This document shows, one piece after another, positions 59,901 to 61,249 of a DNA stretch of 61,249 nucleotides. The stretch is from Arcicella sp. (GTDB lineage: Bacteria; Bacteroidota; Bacteroidia; Cytophagales; Spirosomataceae): assembly GCA_043756925.1 (NCBI GenBank), contig JAYVRF010000139.1, forward strand, positions 1 to 61,249. The letters run 5' to 3'. A model generated the notes under the pieces. It made no database searches. It was not told the origin of the DNA and saw nothing but the letters and a program-made list of their open reading frames with translations. A program made the position numbers and the translations under genes. Positions within the stretch are counted from its first letter, which is position 1. Each line of letters opens with the position of its first letter.

Positions 59901-60855
59901 AGTTTGATGAATCTTTTTGTAACGTATTATAAATGATGTTATAATCGTTCACGTTCATATCTTCTTTATGAAGAATGATTGTGTCAAGACCAGCATCAAT
60001 GATTGTATCAATATCGTTATCCGAGATAGTCGAATCACGTTCCATAACTACTTCATTACGGTCGATAGAAACTACTTCACCTGTATCTTCATCCACAAAA
60101 TCTTCTTGCCAAGTTCTCAAAACCCTTGCCGCCAAACGACGACCAACGGCTTTTTTCAAACTTGGTCTATCTACTTTAATTTCTTCCGAAAGACCAAACA
60201 AATCCAAGATGTCTTTGTCCGAACCGTATCCAATTGCACGCAAAAGCGTAGTAACAGGAAACTTTTTCTTACGGTCAATATACGCATACATGACGCTATT
60301 AACGTCCGTTGCGAATTCAATCCAAGAACCTTTGAAAGGAATAATACGAGCCGAATACAATTTCGTTCCGTTCGTATGGCGACTCTGCGAGAAGAACACC
60401 CCTGGCGAACGGTGCAATTGTGAAACGATTACACGCTCCGCACCATTGATCACGAATGAACCTCGGTTGGTCATGTAAGGAATGTTTCCTAAGAATACTT
60501 CCTGTTCGATAGTCTCGAAATCTTCGTTGTCGGTATCGTTACAAATTAAACGTAACTTGGCTTTTAATGGCACTGAGTACGTCAATCCACGGTCGATACA
60601 CTCATCAACTGAGTATTTCGGAGGATCCACAGAATAGTCGATAAAGTGAAGGATAAAGTTTTCACGAGAATCCGCAATTGGGAAATTCTCAGCAAATACT
60701 TTAAATAAACCTTCGTCTGTACGACTTTCGGCTGCGGTTTCCAACTGGAAGAAATCCTGAAACGATTTTACCTGAATATCCAAGAAATCGGGATATTTCA
60801 GTAAGTTTTTGACTTTGGCAAAACTAATTCTGCCCGTTGCTGTCATCTGTGTCAA
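56986..60855 (-). CDS. rpoB: RNA polymerase beta subunit (TTG start, or ATG three codons later)
   Basis: [31 protein letters not shown]. Confidence 0.99.
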   Translation of the reverse strand: MTQMTATGRISFAKVKNLLKYPDFLDIQVKSFQDFFQLETAAESRTDEGLFKVFAENFPIADSRENFILHFIDYSVDPPKYSVDECIDRGLTYSVPLKAKLRLICNDTDNEDFETIEQEVFLGNIPYMTNRGSFVINGAERVIVSQLHRSPGVFFSQSRHTNGTKLYSARIIPFKGSWIEFATDVNSVMYAYIDRKKKFPVTTLLRAIGYGSDKDILDLFGLSEEIKVDRPSLKKAVGRRLAARVLRTWQEDFVDEDTGEVVSIDRNEVVMERDSTISDNDIDTIIDAGLDTIILHKEDMNVNDYNIIYNTLQKDSSNSEKEAVEQIYRQLRNTEAPDEQTARDIIQNLFFSDKRYDLGEVGRYRINKKLGHDIPMGTKVLTKTDIISIVKYLIGLINSKALVDDIDHLSNRRVRTVGEQLYSQFGVGLARMARTIKERMNVRDNEDFKPVDLINARTLSSVINSFFGTNQLSQFMDQTNPLAEITHKRRLSALGPGGLSRERAGFEVRDVHYTHYGRLCTIETPEGPNIGLISSLCVHAKINGMGFIETPYRTISDGKVRVDEITFFTAEEEDGKNIVQANARYDETGAFTSDLVKARFEGDFPLVDPKQAQLMDIAPNQIVSVAASLIPFLEHDDANRALMGSNMQRQAVPLLRPEAPIVGTGLEASVALDSRTLIVAEADGEIVYVDSIKIVVKYDMTPNEYLISFEGDTKEYKLIKFRRTNQDTTINLKPIVRKGQRVNKGQALCEGYATQQGELALGRNMKVAFMPWQGYNFEDAIVISERVVRDDIFTSIHIEEFELEVRDTKRGEEELTAEIPNVAEETVKNLDESGVIRVGSDVKEGDILIGKITPKGESDPTPEEKLLRAIFGDKAGDVKDASKKAPPSLKGVVIDTKLFSRPKKDKDEREKAKKEISGLAKQLSKDLTGIRAKMIGKIVELLDGKVAGSIKHKFGTVIIEEGTKLTARNIEESLFPPKNLYRDDSSYSVPEEANLIADLILESATDDADTNVLLLQMVKNYNVRRNEGVGRYKREKFVLEVGDELPAGIVKLAKVYIAKKRKLKVGDKMAGRHGNKGVVARIVRDEDMPFAEDGTPMDIVLNPLGVPSRMNIGQIYETVLAWAGQKLGRKYATPIFDGATSVEVAKELEEAGLPAWGRTYLYNGLTGDMFDQPITVGIIYMLKLGHLVDDKMHARSIGPYSLITQQPLGGKAQFGGQRFGEMEVWALEAFGAANILQEILTVKSDDVIGRAKAYEAIVKGEAMPKPGIPESFNVLIHELRGLALEITLE

Positions 60856-61090
60856 GGCTTTTTACTGTTTTGAGTTTGGAATTTGTCCAATGATGGAATG
60901 ATTGATTGAGAGAATAATAGAGTCTTGAATAATTCTATCATTAAAGCATTCAATCATTGAAATAAAAAGGAGCCTCGTAGAAGTGAGTGATTCGGTTCCC
61001 TTTGCGACTTTCCTACGAAAAAAAGTGCGTGTTTCGGAGACGAATACTGGTTAAACTGAATTGACTAATAAATGGTTTCAAATCAGCCTG

Positions 61091-61098
61091 CAAAATTA
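61091..61098 (-). promoter_or_regulatory. Sigma-70 -7 element for rpoBC
   Basis: TAATTTTG ~235 bp upstream of rpoB. Confidence 0.5.
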
Positions 61099-61249
61099 CG
61101 TATTTTTTGTTGATAATCAAGGGGTTGTGGGGGATTTTTTGAGCTTTTTATAAAAACGGTTTTCCTATAAAAATTTAATTACTTTCAAAAACTGGATTAA
61201 TTCATCAAATTTATCGGCAAAATTATCTAATTGAGCCTTTCTATTTGAG

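Noticed and set aside
52814-60478. Numerous antisense and overlapping short ORFs in rpoBC and other long genes
   Set aside because: Shadow ORFs arising from codon bias of the real genes

Overview
AT-rich chromosome segment from a Bacteroidota bacterium, probably Cytophagales (TAnnTTTG promoters, T9SS cargo, ACIII-aa3 operon). Left to right it contains: (1) the alternative complex III operon actABCDEF with cytochrome c oxidase subunits II and I and heme A synthase; (2) a TonB-dependent receptor, a TPR lipoprotein and two DUF4331 paralogues, with two copies of an identical ECF-type promoter motif; (3) an orphan response regulator; (4) a ~6 kb NBU/satellite-like integrative element in tRNA-Cys carrying integrase, excisionase, P4-type helicase and primase but no mobilisation or packaging genes, with several repeat structures; (5) rpsA, a VTT/DedA-like protein, cdd and alpha-2-macroglobulin; (6) a decaying low-GC patch with two 5'-disrupted AAA+ ATPase genes separated by a perfect 68-bp palindrome; (7) rhaT, recQ, a C-protein-controlled MjaI-family restriction-modification system, an M3 peptidase and a TMTC-like glycosyltransferase; (8) rpoC and rpoB. 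The best candidate for an undescribed system is the DUF4331 locus: both predicted mature proteins begin Ser-Ser-His (ATCUN Cu/Ni-binding motif), one is T9SS-tagged and one is not, and the locus lies beside the copper-dependent respiratory operon. All calls come from reading motifs by eye; no database searches were run.
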